64,000 nt of DNA from Dipteris shenzhenensis. Its lineage: Eukaryota. Under the pieces are notes generated by a model. The model had not been told where the DNA came from and did no database searches. It worked only from the letters and a program-made list of their open reading frames with translations. Numbering within the stretch: the first letter of the stretch is position 1; the number at the start of each line of letters is the position of its first letter. This document shows, one piece after another, positions 17,484-29,979 of the stretch. The stretch lies in the NCBI GenBank assembly GCA_047967505.1, contig CM106538.1. One strand, written 5' to 3'. The position numbers were made by a program, and so were the translations under genes.

Positions 17484-20400
17484 GTCATATGGCTAAAGAC
17501 TGCTATAAAAAGCAGAATGACATTATGAATGGAAAATTGCAGCAAGGGAATTATGCATCTTCTAGTAGACAGGGTGATGACAGAAATGAGCATCTGTTTA
17601 TGGTGTAGCACATGACCAATCCCGTGACAAGTGCAAAAGAAAGCAATGATGTGTGGTATGTTGACTCAGGTGCATCAAACCACATGACAGGTAATGCAGA
17701 ATGGATGTAGGATGCAAGGAAAATGGAAAGACCAGGATTTGTGGAGACTGGTGATGATACTGCACATCCTATTGTGCAGATTGGTAAAATTCCTTTGTCT
17801 ATGTAGGATGGGAAAAAGAAATACCTATCTGATGTATTTCATGTCCCGAATATCACCAAGAACCTGGTTTCTGTTGGTCAAATGGTTGAGCAGGGCTTGC
17901 AGGTCAGATTTAATCCTCATGGATGCTTTGTTGAGGATATGAAAAATAATGGTCGCTTGATAGCAAAAGGAAAGAAGAAGGGTAGGATGTTTATGTTGGA
18001 TGCGGACATGCCTCAATTGAGTGCAGCAATGTTTGCACATGGGACCGGTGTAGTTGCAGATATTGATATCTAGCATAAATGCATTGGTCATGTTAATGTA
18101 GAGTAACTTAAATCAATGCAGACCCAAAATGTTATTGCAAGATTGCCTAAATTCAAGGTTGTAGAAATGCATAAGGTATGTGAAGCCTATCAATTTGGAG
18201 AACAGGCAAGGAAACCATTTCCTAAACATATTCAAGAGAGTAAGAAGCCATTGGAATTCATCCACTCTGATGTGTGGACTACTAAAGCTGCATCTATTGG
18301 AGGTTGTCATTATTTTGTCACTTTTATTGATGACTATAGTAGAAAAGTTTGGGTGTATTTTATGAAAAAGAAAAGTGAAGTGTTTGGGCATTTCAAAGCT
18401 TTTAAAGCTATGGTTGAAAAAGAAATAGGCCTGCAAATAAAATGCCTAAGGTCAGATGGAGGGGGAGAGTACCTCTCAAATGAGTTTGCAAGGTTTCTAC
18501 AGGAGCATGGCATAAAGCAGCAATATTCATGCAGTCATACCCCACAACAAAATGGACTTGCAGAAAGGAAAAATAGGCATATTGGAGAGGTATCTCAGGC
18601 CATGCTAAATGAAGAAGTCCTACCAGATTATTATTGGGCTGAAGTAGTTGCTACAGTAGCTTACATAATGAACAGGACTCCCACTGCAGCAATACATGGC
18701 ATGACGCCAGAGGAGATGTATACTGGTAGGAAACCAAATATTTCTCATTTGAAAATTTTTTGTTGCATTGCCTATGTTCATGTGCTAGATGAGTTGAGGT
18801 CCAAGTTGGATCCAAAAGCTGAGAAGTGCATCTTTATTGGTTATTCTCTGTAGCAGAAATGGTATATATGCTATAACCCTTCTACTCGTAAGTTTACAGT
18901 GAGCAGAGATGTTGTTTTTGATGAGATGAGCAGCTGGTATAAACCAATAAATGTGATTGATGATGTAGATGCACAAAATGGTAATGCTGCACAGAATTCA
19001 CAGCAGTCACTCACAAAATATTAGTGGACCTGCAGTGTCCTCTAGCAGTGGTTCACATACTTCACCATGGACAGGCAGATTGAGATCAGGAGAATCTCCT
19101 CAAAGCAATGCAAATAGTGGTATGCAGGTATCATGAAAAGGAAAAGAGAAGGTATATCAGCCCATGTTTGATGTGAATGTAGGTCACTCTTATGTGGATG
19201 GTGAATCCAGTGGCTTAGAATAGAGCATTGATGATGAGTTGGGTATTCATTCTCTTGTTACACCTGGAGTATGGAAGACCAGGGATGTTTTGAGAGCACC
19301 TGGAAGTGAGCCTATTTTGCACAGGTCTACCAGAGCTACATATCCTGTGGATAGGCTGAAATATGATGGATTTACAGCCATTCACTATGCCTATATGGTC
19401 AAAGTGATACAGGAACCAGAACCCACTTCTTTTGAGCAAGCCATGGGAAAAGAAAAATGGGAGAAAGCCATGGATGAAGAAATGGATGCCTTGGAAGCAA
19501 ATGCTACATGGGAATTGGTGCCTTTGCCTAAAGACAAGAATGTAATTGGCTGTAAGTGGGTTTATAAGGTGAAGCACAATGCAAATGGTTCTGTGAACAG
19601 ATACAAGGCAAGATTAGTTGTCAAGGGATATGCACAAACATATGGCATTGATTATGAAGAAACATTCAGTCCAGTTGCAAGGATGGCAACCGTAAGAGCA
19701 GTCATTGCTATGGCTGCATCAAAGGGATGGTATTTACATCAGATGGATGTAAAGAATGCCTTCTTGCATGGTGATTTGCAAGAAGAGGTCTTTATGGAGC
19801 AGCCACCAGGTTATGTTCATGCTGTTGAGTTTGTTTGCAGGTTGAAGAAAGCCTTGTATGGCTTGAAGCAAGCACCTAGAGCATGGTTTGACAAGAGAGG
19901 AAAGTATCTTGTCATTATTGGATTTCAAATTTCCAAGGCAAATTTCTCACTTTATGTGAGAAAAACAGAGAAAGGTATTATGCTGCTTGTCATTTATGTT
20001 GATGATTTGATCATCACAGGTGATAGTGATGAAGATATCCTTCATGTGAAAATGCTATTGAAGCAGAAATTTGAGATGAAGGATTTGGGAGAGCTGTGTT
20101 ATTTCTTGGGCGTTGAGGTGATTAGATTACCAAGTGGGATACGGCTCTTGCAAAGGCAGTATGGATTGGACATGCTGTCCAAATATGGGATGACAGGTGT
20201 AGCCTATTTCAGTTCCTTTGGAGCAAAATGTGAAGCTGAGTGCAGATGCAGGTGAGCTTCTGTAAGACCCTACTATGTATAGGCGCATAGTAGGAAGTTT
20301 GATTTATATGACTATTACCAGGCCAGATTTGAGCTATGATGTTGGATCGGTAAGTCAGTTTATGCAGGCTCCAAGGAAACCACATTTGGATGCGGCTAGA

Positions 20401-21305
20401 CGCATACTCAGGTATGTGAAGTCCACATTACAGTATGGACTATTTTATGAGACTGGGGTTCAGATACAGTTGCATGGATACACTGATGCTGATTGGGCTG
20501 GTAGTATTTCTAATAGATGATCTACCAGTGGATATGTGTTCTCTTTTGGAGTGTTGCAGTCACTTGGATCAGCAAGAAACAGCCTACAGTTGCCTTGTCA
20601 AGCACAGAGGCTGAGTACAGGGGTGCAACAATGGCTGCATGTGAGGTAGCTTAGTTGCATAAGCTACTTTATGATATGCATCAGTCTACAGATGGGCCAG
20701 TTGTCATTTATTATGACATCATGAGTAGTATACACTTGGCAAATAACCCAGTCTGTCATGCTAGAACAAAGCACATTGAGGTGCATTATCACTATGTGTG
20801 GGAGAAGGTTTTACTAGGTCTTATTGATCTAGTTTATGTCAGCACAAAGGATCAGGTAGCTGACATATTCACGAAGGCATTGGGCGCAGAGAAGCTATGC
20901 AAGTTCAGAGACCTGCTTGGTGTGCAGGAATTGGGATTGAGCTCGAGGGGGAGTGTTGAGATATCGAGCTCCACTCGTGATATGCCAGGGTGACCATTAT
21001 GCATTTATGTCACCGACTTGTTAGCTGCAGATGCAGTTGGTACACCGCCCATGAATAATAACTAGATGACAACGATCCTTATGTACTCTAGTTCATGGCT
21101 CAGTTAGTATGCCACCTTAGTTAGCTGATTTTGGTTTGAGACCCACATATAGGGTTCTTCTATTTCTTTGTACTAGAGTTCTTTTGGCTTTCACAACTAA
21201 GAAGACAAAAACCATTTTCAACCCCCACCTTTGTGTGTATTCCCCCATTGTGTATGTGAGAAAGCTGCAAGTGAGACTCCTTCCTTCTCTACCACTATCT
21301 TCACA
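17484..21305 (+). mobile_element. 3' half of a Ty1/Copia element (end of gag knuckle, PR, INT, RT, RNase H, PPT, 3' LTR)
   Basis: HMAKDCYK at 17486, WYVDSGASNHMTG, IHSDVW...LRSDGGGEY...QQNGLAERKNR, YKARLVVKGY, QMDVKNAFLHG, IYVDDL, YTDADWAG, RTKHIEVHYH, PPT GAGGGGGAG at 20945-20953. Contains several stops. Confidence 0.96.
20954..21305 (+). repeat. Copia 3' LTR (352 bp, TG...CA)
   Basis: Follows the PPT; reverse-complement match of roughly 90% (by eye) to 47163-47514. Confidence 0.95.
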
Positions 21306-21779
21306 ATCTCGCACTCCTCTATAGCATCTGAAACACCAAACATAAGCTTAAATTCAGAGGCATGGGTCCGTGCCACGTGATGGAGATTACTCCTCAAGGG
21401 GCATGCCGAAGAGCTACCCTGGATGGAGTAGAGATGGATGGCTACCTCAATTGGAGGAAATTGAAAAGATACTATAGCCCCCTCACCCTGCAGACCCTTC
21501 ATGCCATCCAAAGGAAAAGGAGCTTAAGGCCAAGGTGGCCCGGATGAAACACCAGGCTATTGAGAAGTTAAGGCACATAACACCAAGATCAAACAACATA
21601 AGCAAATGGCCTTGCTGAAGGCAACACTTGAACATCCAGAGCTAATTGATGAACTAACGGTACAACCAACTAGGTTGAATGTCCAATTGTAGGGTCCGCC
21701 GAGCTTATGCATCTAGGCACTCATGGATTCGGGAGTGAGCCACAGCTTTATCCCCCACAAAGTATGGGAAAAGTTGCAA
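21306..21779 (+). mobile_element. Gypsy integrase C-terminus (GPY/F-like region) followed by the start of a protease-like domain
   Basis: ALLYSI...KLKFRGMGPCHVMEITPQG...LKRYYSPL, homologous to ORF 43605-44093, then ALMDSGVSHSFI at 21717. Confidence 0.85.
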
Positions 21780-22251
21780 GGCAAGCTAGTGGTAAGAGAT
21801 CTTACCCCAGGCTCAAAGCTCTAGAAGACTAGTGTGCAATTTCTTGTTCGCAGGGTACGAGGAACACTAAAGCCATGGTTGCCTAGCAAAAAAATATTTC
21901 CATAATGGCAGGGAGGACTTGGCATTATGATCCAAAGATGCAGTGTAGAGCCTTTTTGGGCAAGCTAGTGGTGAGAGGTCTTACCCTAGGCTCTTACTCT
22001 AGCGTGGGCTTCTCAAGAATACCCCACACACTAGTGGTTGGTGGAAACAATCTTATAGATGGAACTTTTAGAGGCTCCCCTCATAGGGAAGGGGTCCGCC
22101 TTGATGCAGATCCTATGATTACTCCAAAAACTTAGAATTTCAAATAGACATTATTTGGAGATGAACATTACACACCTCCCACATACATCTTCTCAAACAT
22201 GCCCTCCCGTACGGAAAAATATTTCTACAACACAAGAAAATGGTGAGCATG

Positions 22252-22359
<108 letters not shown>

Positions 22360-22999
22360 CCAATAATAGGCTTCTAGTAAAAAAATATGTACTTATTTTA
22401 AGAATAATAGCCTTCTAGTGGGAAGAACTAGTACTCAAATCCCAAATCTCAAAACTCCTAAGATGGCAAGAAATTTGATGGAATATCATCTAGACACCTT
22501 GACGGTTCTCTTTGAGAAGAGCCAAAATAGGTTAGACCTCCATCCTACATTTTTTGGTCAACCTTTATATCGTGCATGGTCTTTGTGTCTCTAGCTACAC
22601 ACCTCCACTTAATTTCTTCGCGTTGATTGTCGTCTATGCTCTAGGTATTGGGACTGATAATCACTCTAAACTCTCATATTCTCAAGGAGCAATTGTGATA
22701 GAACTGGCTCTTGGTGGGGTACCATTGGTTCCCCCCTCCAAGTTCGTGATATATAGAGCTAGAGTAGATCTAACATGTGATATGGTTGATCTCATCTTGA
22801 GTCAAGGGGAGACAAGGGATCCAAACTATATTGAAAGGGGGGGAGTCGAACCATTAGAGTACCCTTTATGGCAAACCATCTAGATATATGTGCATACTAG
22901 GTCATGTAAATCGGGTGTAAACCCCTCTATTTGCTAGACATCTAGATGACTCTAGTGCCAATCTTGTAGCCTCTAGCTAGGCAAGGCCCAAAACCTATG

Positions 23000-25370
23000 G
23001 AGGTATGTTGCTATTTAAAAGATAGCATCAATTTGGAGTGGTGTCATGGTGAAGTTTCCCTATATCTAATGAGGGACCAAGGGATTACTCCGAATCATCC
23101 AATGTCTCATCTGAGATACCATAATCACTTGTAGCCTCTCAAATCTCCTCCATGAAGAGGTCACTCCTCCTAAAGGGTGTTGCATACATGGCTATCAGCC
23201 TCACTAGTGTATCAAATAGTCACCCCGGCGGGGGCTCTTAGTGTGTTCAAAAGCACTACCACTCTAGTCAAGCTAGATCCCTGACACTATGTAAGCCTAG
23301 CCCTAGCTACATGTCCCATGAAGACTACCCCTAGGTAAGTGTAGGATGCACAATCTCCACAGCTCCTCGCAACGGTAAGTGAAACTTTGTTATCCTATTC
23401 CCATCCCACCATGTGCTAACAAAAAAAGAACTAGGGATGGGTTTAGGAGGAAGAGGACACATGGCATCATTTCATGTGTTTAAGAGGTGAAGACCTTGTG
23501 GGGAGAAGGACACATGTCATCCTTCCATGTTTTTGAATCCCTAAAAAAGGGGAACCCATTCTTGCTACCAGGGTCTAGAGGCCATGGTCCAGGATGGGAG
23601 AAAAAGTGGCTACTCCCATTCTAAATCCATCCTAGACCACTTGGTGTAGGATGGGAGTAATGATGACAAAAATCTTCCCATCCTAAACCCATGCTAGTTC
23701 CATCCATGTGCTAAGGCCCTAACATACCTCTTGGGACACATACTCTCTGTCTAATTAATGCATATAGACTCATCCCCCTTAGATCATGACTCTTGGTATA
23801 TGCATCTCTTGAAGTCTCTTAATAACGGGAGATTGAGGGATTATGTAAAAGGCCTTCCAAAACTCTACAAAGCAACTATAGACTTTTTGGGATCTTGATC
23901 TTGCCTCCTCAATGATGGTACATAGAGTGAAGATGCGGTCTAGAGTGTTGTCTCTAGAATCTAGCCTATCCCAAAGCTCATTGGCCTTGTGCCTCTATAT
24001 GGCTACCAATCTCTCTCTCTCTAGTATTGACCTATAAATCTTGGCCAGTGTCTAGCTAATGATCAGAATCTAATGATCAGAATGTGGTAGTTACCAGTAT
24101 CCAATCTCTTGGTGGTGGTACTTCAAGTAGGGGGGAAACCCGTGGCATACAATGTGGTAAAACATCTATGCTAAGATTGGGGCAAAGACCTCCTATCCTT
24201 GCGCAAAGTGTTAGGTTCGTAGCCCCTTGTGGACGGGCATGCTCTTGTTATGGAGTTGATGCAGTGTAGCTTGCTTAAACAAATAGGATGTGGTGGGCCT
24301 GGGACCTATCAAGTGATGCATGGGCCGAGACATCATAGAGCGATGTACCTTATATATGCTAGATAACTGTGTCAGGGATGGGGATGTGTGGCTTCCCTTC
24401 TATGAGAAGACCTCATGCAGTAGCGGAGTCCCCTACTTGGAAAGAGTAGATTTGATCATCTAGTCTATGTGAGAGGAAATCTCTCCTCTTATGCCATATA
24501 CGATGGTGTGAGATCCTATGTGCCTTGGACTCGTCAAGTGTGTGCCTCAAAGCCTGCTTGCATATGAGGTGAGATCTCATCTCTTGACACTTGGTATCAG
24601 ACCATGGGTTTTGGGGCATCTTCCTAGCTGCAGAGTCATGGGGAATGATTTTAAAATTTTCAACCACTGCTATGTTTGAGGCATGGGCAAGGTTTGCATC
24701 ATCTCCAAGGGTGATCGATAGCTCATGAGATAGGTGGCTCACATAGGTCACATCAAGGGCATGATTGAAGTGTACCTAGATAGAGGGGGGGGGGGGCAAG
24801 AGGATCCTGTCCTATGTCTAGTGTAGCAATGAATGCTAAGTAGGAGTGGCTAGCATCGAGTGGCGGGCGAGGGACTCTAAAGGCCTGCACTTGCAACACA
24901 AAGGCTGGGAAACCCTTTAGGTAGTCCACGTAGTTGTCCCTCCTCCACGTGGGAAATGATTGAGACCTTTGGATAACATACGATGAGGTCATGTACTCCT
25001 CCCATCTCTTGTAAATGTTGTCCATACCCTGTCACATGTGATGCATCCTCTAAGTGCCTCACTATCCCAAGCTTTGTTGGTCTTGGGTATTCTGAGGGGG
25101 TCCGATCCAAAGTCTAGTAAGCCCATCTTCCTCCTCCCCGTACGTGCATTGAAGTCACCTGAAGGGAGGATGTCCCCATGTTGAGAAAACTCCAAGATAT
25201 CATCTTATTTTGTCTCATATGGGCTATGCCCCCCCTGTGGTGACCTTATGCATATAGGATGATATATCTAGAGGGAAGTAGGACCTTGTAATGAAAATCT
25301 ATCGTGCATCAAGTGACTAAATGTGTATCCATATGTGTTGTGCATGCTCCTACTTCCACGAAGGATACAG
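23000..25370 (-). mobile_element. Decayed non-L1 LINE (RTE-X/CR1-group-like): APE and N-terminal RT
   Basis: GDILPSGDFNARTG (ORF 24989-25195) and PWSDTKCQEMR (ORF 24413-24751). Manual translation of about 24060-23840 gives TLAKIYRSILE...NTLDRIFTLCTIIEEAR...KVYSCFVEFWKAF. Confidence 0.7.
23428..23700. mobile_element. Foldback/MITE-like insertion with terminal inverted repeats of about 20 bp
   Basis: GAACTAGGGATGGGTTTAGGA (23428-23448) vs TCCTAAACCCATGCTAGTTC (23681-23700), plus internal GGATGGGA/TCCCATCC inverted copies. Confidence 0.55.
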
Positions 25371-25420
25371 ATTAAGTACAAAAAGGTAGAAAAATTGAAA
25401 ATAAAATTATAACAAGAAGG

Positions 25421-25567
<147 letters not shown>

Positions 25568-26395
25568 TAAACATGAAAAAATATTAAAAACATCATGTTG
25601 TCTAGGATGATTGATTCTTGAGAAATTTTTAGTGTGAGTGTGATGTTGATTTCTTTAACTTCATTGATATTTTAAGGGGTGATATATTGTTAAAGGAAGA
25701 TCTTATCCATACCATACTTGTAGAATATTAATTGAGTGGTGTGAGAAACTATGATTGCTTAACACATAAGATTTGGTACTGTCAAATTGGATCTCTAGGA
25801 TATTTAGTTCTATATTCATCGACCTATCTCTCGAAGGTTACGTATACATGTTGCTACCTTTACTGAGACTATTGCATTAAACCATAATGTGAAAGACTCA
25901 AAGAACCCTTGAATTTGAAATGTGCTTAAGCGATGTTACTTAAACCCAAGCCACCTCATCCTCTAGCTAAGGTAGGAGGGTGTAGAGCCTATGAAGCCTA
26001 TAGGGTAGTGTGTCTTGTAGAAAAGAAGTTACACTTACAATGTGAAGAGGGTGAAATTCGAATACCATTCCCTTACGGACCATTGAAGAATAAGGGGGGT
26101 TTCACACCCGTTCATGACGGGCAAAGCCCCTAAAATCCGCGGCGCCAGATTTGGAAGATGAAAGCCTCAGCCGTTCACACTTCTATTCACAAGAGGGCAG
26201 ATGTCTTTTCTTTAGATATAAAATGATGCACGATATTTACACCAAAAATTGCTATCACAATTGGTAAGGCAATCAGGCTTACCTATGCGGGTCGCTTAAA
26301 AACTCCTCGAACGCAAACTTGGGAGCTGCCTTGAGGCGTTTTTGAGCCAGAATGGAATGAAACTCTTATGCCGTTTGGGTTATGTACCGCATTTG

Positions 26396-29330
26396 AGTTT
26401 CTCTGATTTTGAATTTTGTGAGCACTGTCTCTATGGGAAGTAGACTAAATCAGCCCATAAAAGAAGGGGAAAGAAAGAGTTTGAAATGCTTGATTTGGTG
26501 CATTCAGACGTATGTGGTCCCATGCCTACACGGTCATTAGGCGGGGCTGAATACTATGTGACATTCATTGATGATGCAACTAGGAAAGTGTGGGCTTATG
26601 CTATAGCTCGAAAGAGTGATGTGTTCCAGGTATTTCAGAAATGGCTGGCCTTGGTTGAGAATCAGTCAGGTAGAACGCTTAAATGCCTACGGACTGACAA
26701 TGGTGGAGAGTATCTCTCTCATGACTTTCAGCATTTCTGTGATACTCGTGGGATTAAGAGGGAGCTTACATCCCCTCGTACTCCAGAGCAAAATCCAGTT
26801 GCAGAAAAGATGAATCGTACCATTCAAGAAAGGTTGCAATGCATGCTTTCCAATGCAAGTCTTTCTGGTGGTTTTTGGGCTGAGGCAATGAAGACTGCAG
26901 TGCATGTGATCAATAGATCACCTAGTAAGAGTTTGGATGGTGGTATTCCTGAAGAGGCATGGAGTGGCAAGAAGCCCTCTTACTCTCATTTGCGTATATT
27001 TGGGTGTGAGGCATATGCACATGTGCCAAAAGAGCTTCGAAAGAAGCTAGATCCTAAGTCTAGGAAATGCATCTTTCTGGGTTATGGTGAAAGTGGAGAG
27101 ATGGGCTATCGTCTCTGGGATCCAGAAGCAAAGAAGATCATACGCAGCCATGATGTGGTCTTCAATGAGAAGAAGATGCATAAGGCACCCATAAGGGATG
27201 TGGAAATGAGGAGAATCACTTTCCAGGATGTGAATCCACCTGCATATGTTGATAGACAGCAAGCTGTCCATGCACCAAATGTGCAAGAAATGGTACCACC
27301 AAGTACTCCTACAAGTATACAATCAAGGGTAGATGATGGATCATCTATTGGTGGAAATGATGAGCCAAATGTGGCTGATATGCAAATGGGACAGCAAGCT
27401 GAAATGCCCTTGAGAAGATCATCTAGAGTGTCTAGACTGCCTGATAGGTTTGTTCCAGGGGTGGACTATGTAATGCTTACTGATTGCGGGGAGCCTTCTT
27501 GCTACAAAGAGGCTATGATGCGTGAGGATCAATGCAAGTGGGAGTATGCTATGCAATCAGAGATGAGTTCACTTATGAAGAATAAGACTTGGGACTTGGT
27601 TTCTTTGCCACATGGAAAGAAAGCATTGCCATGTAAATGGGTCTACAAAATGAAGGTCACAGGTGATGATGTGCCTAGGTATAAGGCCCGATTGGTTGCT
27701 AAAGGGTTCAAGCAAGAGAAGGGTGTGGACTTTGATGAGATATTCTCTCCGGTTGTGAAGATGACCACACTTAGATGCATGCTTGGACTAGTGGCAGTAG
27801 AGGATATGGAGCTTATGCAAATGGATGTCAAGACAGCTTTCTTGCATGGGGATTTGCATGAGGAAATTTACATGGTGCAGCCGGAAGGCTTTGAAGAAAA
27901 GGGCAAAGAGCATTTAGTTTGCAAGCTGAAGAAGAGTCTCTATGGTCTTAAGCAAGCGCCTAGAGAATGGTATCAGAAGTTTGATGCTTTCATTCGGTCC
28001 CAGGGTTTCAGAAGGAGTGAAATTGATCACTGCCTCTACACTAAAAGGGCTAAGGATAATAGCCTAATAATCCTGGCACTATATGTGGATGATATGCTAT
28101 TGGCTAGCAAGAATACTTATGAGCTAGATGCATTAAAGGCCAAGTTGCATGAGGCCTTTGATATGAAGGATTTGGGACTTGCAGGTCATATTCTTGGTAT
28201 GCGCATCACGCGTGATCAGAGTAGGAAACTCCTTTGGCTTTCACAAAAAGAGTATGTTACAAAAGTATTGCAGCGTTTCAATATGGAGGGGGGGAAGGCA
28301 GTGAGTACTCCATTGCCTCCATATGTGAAACTGAGTCATACAGATAGTCCCAAATCAGATGAGGAGAGGGCCATGATGGCCAAGGTTCCTTATGCATCAG
28401 CAGTTGGGAGTCTTATGTATGCTATGATAGCTACTAGACCAGACATTGCATTTGCAGTGGGAGTTGTTAGCCGGTATATGGCTAATCCAGGAAAGAGGCA
28501 TTGGGAGGCAGTTAAGTGCATCATGAGGTACATGAAAGGTACCAAAGAGATGTGCATTTGCTTTGGTAAAGGAGACATGCGTGTACTTGGGTACACAGAT
28601 TCAGACTATGCAGGGCATGTGGATAGTAGGAGATCCACTTCTGGTTATGTGTTCACCTTTGCAGGTGGTGCAATGTCGTGGATGTCTTGTGCACAGAAGT
28701 GCGTGGCTTTGTCTACCACAGAGGCTGAGTATGTTGCAGCCACAGAGGGTTGCAAGGAGGCTATATGGCTTGATCGGCTAGTGGGAGATTTGGGGATTCA
28801 TACAGGTGTACCGACATTGCATAGTGATTCCATGAGTGCTATTCAGCTAGCACGGAATCCAGTCTTTCATGCAAAGACCAAACACATTGAGGTCAGGTAC
28901 CATTTCATCAGGGAGGTACTTGAGGACAAGCGCATAGAGCTTGTCAAGGTTCATACAGATGATAACCCTGCAGATATGCTGACGAAGAGTCTACCTAGTC
29001 AGCGGTTTGAGTATTGTCGTGTATTGATGGGCATTGGATAGTATGCTCACTGGTTCTTCTCCCTTAAAGGCACATTGTCCTTTAAGTGGGAGGTTGTGGG
29101 GTTAAAGGTCACTGTGCCTTAACCCCAGTTATGTACAATACTCAAACACATATATAAATGAATGAAAAAGAAGATTAGGGTGGTTCTGCACCCACCAAAC
29201 TTGTGTGGCTCTCTGTCTCTCTCTCTCCTTCTTCCATTCTTGCCTCCGTTGAGAGCACTCTCATAGGCCTCGTAGTGGGCTAGTTCCTACCGTAGGTACT
29301 CTTTATCCTCAGTTTCCTCCTCTTTTTCTA
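26396..29330 (+). mobile_element. 5'-truncated Ty1/Copia element with PPT and start of 3' LTR
   Basis: Begins at the integrase zinc finger (CEHCLYGK). PPT AAGTGGGAGG at ~29084-29093, LTR starts TG at ~29095; LTR end not resolved. Confidence 0.92.
26486..29041 (+). CDS. Copia pol: uninterrupted integrase core, RT and RNase H (851 aa, TE-encoded, N-terminally truncated)
   Basis: VHSDVCGP, LRTDNGGEY, YKARLVAKGF, QMDVKTAFLHG, LYVDDML, YTDSDYAG, KTKHIEVRYHFIRE, NPADMLTK. Confidence 0.93.
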   Translation: MLDLVHSDVCGPMPTRSLGGAEYYVTFIDDATRKVWAYAIARKSDVFQVFQKWLALVENQSGRTLKCLRTDNGGEYLSHDFQHFCDTRGIKRELTSPRTPEQNPVAEKMNRTIQERLQCMLSNASLSGGFWAEAMKTAVHVINRSPSKSLDGGIPEEAWSGKKPSYSHLRIFGCEAYAHVPKELRKKLDPKSRKCIFLGYGESGEMGYRLWDPEAKKIIRSHDVVFNEKKMHKAPIRDVEMRRITFQDVNPPAYVDRQQAVHAPNVQEMVPPSTPTSIQSRVDDGSSIGGNDEPNVADMQMGQQAEMPLRRSSRVSRLPDRFVPGVDYVMLTDCGEPSCYKEAMMREDQCKWEYAMQSEMSSLMKNKTWDLVSLPHGKKALPCKWVYKMKVTGDDVPRYKARLVAKGFKQEKGVDFDEIFSPVVKMTTLRCMLGLVAVEDMELMQMDVKTAFLHGDLHEEIYMVQPEGFEEKGKEHLVCKLKKSLYGLKQAPREWYQKFDAFIRSQGFRRSEIDHCLYTKRAKDNSLIILALYVDDMLLASKNTYELDALKAKLHEAFDMKDLGLAGHILGMRITRDQSRKLLWLSQKEYVTKVLQRFNMEGGKAVSTPLPPYVKLSHTDSPKSDEERAMMAKVPYASAVGSLMYAMIATRPDIAFAVGVVSRYMANPGKRHWEAVKCIMRYMKGTKEMCICFGKGDMRVLGYTDSDYAGHVDSRRSTSGYVFTFAGGAMSWMSCAQKCVALSTTEAEYVAATEGCKEAIWLDRLVGDLGIHTGVPTLHSDSMSAIQLARNPVFHAKTKHIEVRYHFIREVLEDKRIELVKVHTDDNPADMLTKSLPSQRFEYCRVLMGIG

Positions 29331-29395
29331 CGAGAGCAGTGGTCTTTTTGGCCTTAGCCTTGCCTTTGGATACAGGGGATTTGGGACTTGAAGGG

Positions 29396-29975
29396 TGTTA
29401 AATTGCACAGCGTAGTGGAACAAAAACTGAACAAAGAATAGAGAGTACACAGTGAACTGGAGATGAACAAAATTTTCCTTTAATACTGATGTAATACAGA
29501 TGATGGCTCCATCCACCTGTGTGCTCCCAGAGTGGAGCTTAGATGGCGATCTAAACAAATACTAGGTGGAGAGCTACTAGCTGGAAGATCTCTATTGGAA
29601 GATCTGATCTGGTACAATGGACTGGGAGGTCACCTCTTTATAGCTATGAGGGCGGTAGCTAGATCAACGTAGTCGATGGAACCAACCAATCAACCTAGTT
29701 GGTGAAGCCGACCAGTCAACCTAGTCGATGGAATCGCCTAGTCATCCATGGAATATTCAGGGAATATTTTCTATACCGTCGCCTCGGGGGCTCTCGCCCC
29801 TGAATCCCCACCAAGGGGTTGCTGGCCCCCAGACCCCAGTGAGAGCAAGGGGCTCCCACACAATCACCTTTCTACCATCAATGGTCTCATTGATAGTCCT
29901 CATCTAACATGCAAGTCAGGATCCATCCAGTGTCCTGAGCTCACGCATGGCTTCTCCTCATATGGGGGCCTTACA
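29396..29975. mobile_element. Possible solo LTR with internal repeats of about 26 bp
   Basis: TGTTAA...TTACA ends, non-coding, three TCAAC.TAGT.G.TG.A.C units at ~29664-29745. No clean TSD. Confidence 0.35.
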
Positions 29976-29979
29976 ACTT

